In this document: one piece after another, positions 62,636 through 64,000 of the stretch
How positions within the stretch are numbered: position 1 is the stretch's first letter
Layout: each line of letters starts with the position of its first letter
Source: Squalus acanthias
Lineage: Eukaryota
Direction of reading: 5' to 3'
Length of the DNA: 64,000 nt
Assembly (NCBI GenBank): GCA_030390025.1
Contig: CM059432.1
Coordinates: 102,860,001 to 102,924,000 of the forward strand
Made by a program: the position numbers and the translations under genes
Notes under the pieces: generated by a model
Told to the model about the DNA's origin: nothing
The model's input: only the letters and a program-made list of their open reading frames with translations
Databases searched by the model: none

Positions 62636-63714
62636 GTCTGAGGAACGGAGTCTGATGATGCACTCACGGACTGCCCGCCTGGAACGGAGATTTGCAGGCT
62701 GCTTCCTCCCTTCCTCCTCCTCCAGAGGTGGTCGCGGAACCCATGGCGGCATGGGCTGCGCCCTCATGATGGCAAATTTGTGGAGGATGCAGCTCACCAC
62801 CACAAATTAGGACACCCGTTCTGGTGAGTGCTGAAGAGCCCCTCCTGAGCTGTCAAGGGAGTGGAACTGTTGCTTGAGCACCTTGATGGTCTGCTCGATG
62901 AGGTTCCTCATGGCAACATGGCTGTCATTATATGATTGATGACCATAAGTGGTGGGGTTGCGGAGGGGCGTCAACAGCCAGCTGTAGAGCGGATATCCCT
63001 TGTCACTGAGCAGCCACCCTCGGGTTCGACGTGGTGGCTGGAAGATTGCTGCCAAAGTGGACTGGCGCAGGATGAATGTAACATGATTGCTGCCAGGATA
63101 CCGGGCATTCACCATCATGATGTGCTGGGCGTGGCCGCACACCAACTGCACATTAAGATAATGGTAGCCTTTGTGGTTACAGTAGATCTCAGCATTGATA
63201 TGCAGCGGCCGCAAAGCCACGTGTGTGCAGTCAATGGTGCCCTCCACCATGGGGAAGCCCGATATCCTGGCAAAGGCATGACCACGCTTTTCCTGCTTCT
63301 TTCTGTTCAGAGAGAAGACAATGAAGGCCCTTCTCCTGGAGTACAGAGCCTCTGTGGCCTCCCGGATGCAGCGATGGACGGCGAACTGCGATATGTTAGC
63401 TATGGAAGGATGCGCTGGCGAATATATTCATCACCATGGTCACGTTGAGGGCCACCGGCAGTGCTGTTGTCACCCTGCTCTGAGGCTGCAGGCCTGGTTC
63501 CAAGAAGTGGCAGACTTCTTTGACTTCCTCCTTTGTTAAGCGGAGTCGCCGAATACACTGCTGCTGGCCTAGGTGGGTAAAGCCTCCTGCTGAGAGTTCT
63601 CCTCCCCCTCCTCCTCCTCCCTCTGCGAGCAGCTTGTCTTTGCTGCCTCTGCTCCATCTCCCCGTCATGCTGCAGCACGAGGGGGACCCTCATGACTGGG
63701 AGCAAGTGGTGTAG
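62636..63714 (-). pseudogene. HARBI1-like DDE transposase, frameshifted
   Basis: GTIDCTHV, NHKGYHYLNVQLVC, ARYPGSNH, WLLSDKGYPL, RNLIEQTIKVLKQQF. Confidence 0.9.
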
Positions 63715-64000
63715 TCAGAGGCCTTCCTTTAAGAGCCAATGCTTTCCCAACGTCCAGCAGCACCCCCTGCACTCCCTGCACACTTTTCCAACTTTTTAAA
63801 TGTCTTAGACCAAGACACTATTGAAATAAACTGTACAGGAACCAGTACAAAAGCAAAAAGCAACTTATCTCAAAGTTGCACTGTGTCCCTTTAAGTAGGG
63901 CTGGTGGTGGAGGGGGGGGAGCGGGGGAGGCCCTCGTGCAGCTGAATGCACATTCAGCTGTGCGTGTTTAGGAGAGGACGTACAGTGGAGCAGCAATGTC

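Larger units (their letters stand above)
58660..64000 (-). mobile_element. PIF/Harbinger element (Myb gene on +, transposase on -), containing a solo LTR; continues beyond window
   Basis: Left terminus (T)GGCTAAAAATTC; both genes recognisable. Confidence 0.85.

Overview
Eukaryotic, repeat-saturated, non-genic window (intron or intergenic). It is most likely from a cartilaginous fish (shark-like), inferred only from the repeat repertoire: DeuSINE/SacSINE1-like SINEs, CR1 with SGNH-esterase ORF1, L2, RTE, Neptune-type Penelope elements and abundant PIF/Harbinger. I could not support any host protein-coding gene; nearly all listed ORFs are decayed transposon frames or their antisense shadows. 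Main contents: (i) several PIF/Harbinger DNA transposons with a convergent HARBI1-like DDE transposase and a spliced Myb/SANT gene, plus many MITE derivatives with 3-bp TSDs; (ii) CR1, L2, RTE and Vingi-like LINE fragments, plus a 3.3-kb single-ORF LINE that starts with a tRNA-SINE-like head; (iii) three 1.6-1.75 kb solo LTRs; (iv) Penelope-like 3' ends carrying a minimal type I hammerhead ribozyme motif. Most striking: three Harbinger MITEs sit at the same position of the Penelope hammerhead, duplicating its NUH cleavage triplet as their TSD, and the flanks of about 10 Harbinger insertions suggest a palindromic target preference. Boundaries are exact where TSDs or TIRs are quoted and approximate otherwise; no database search or folding program was run.
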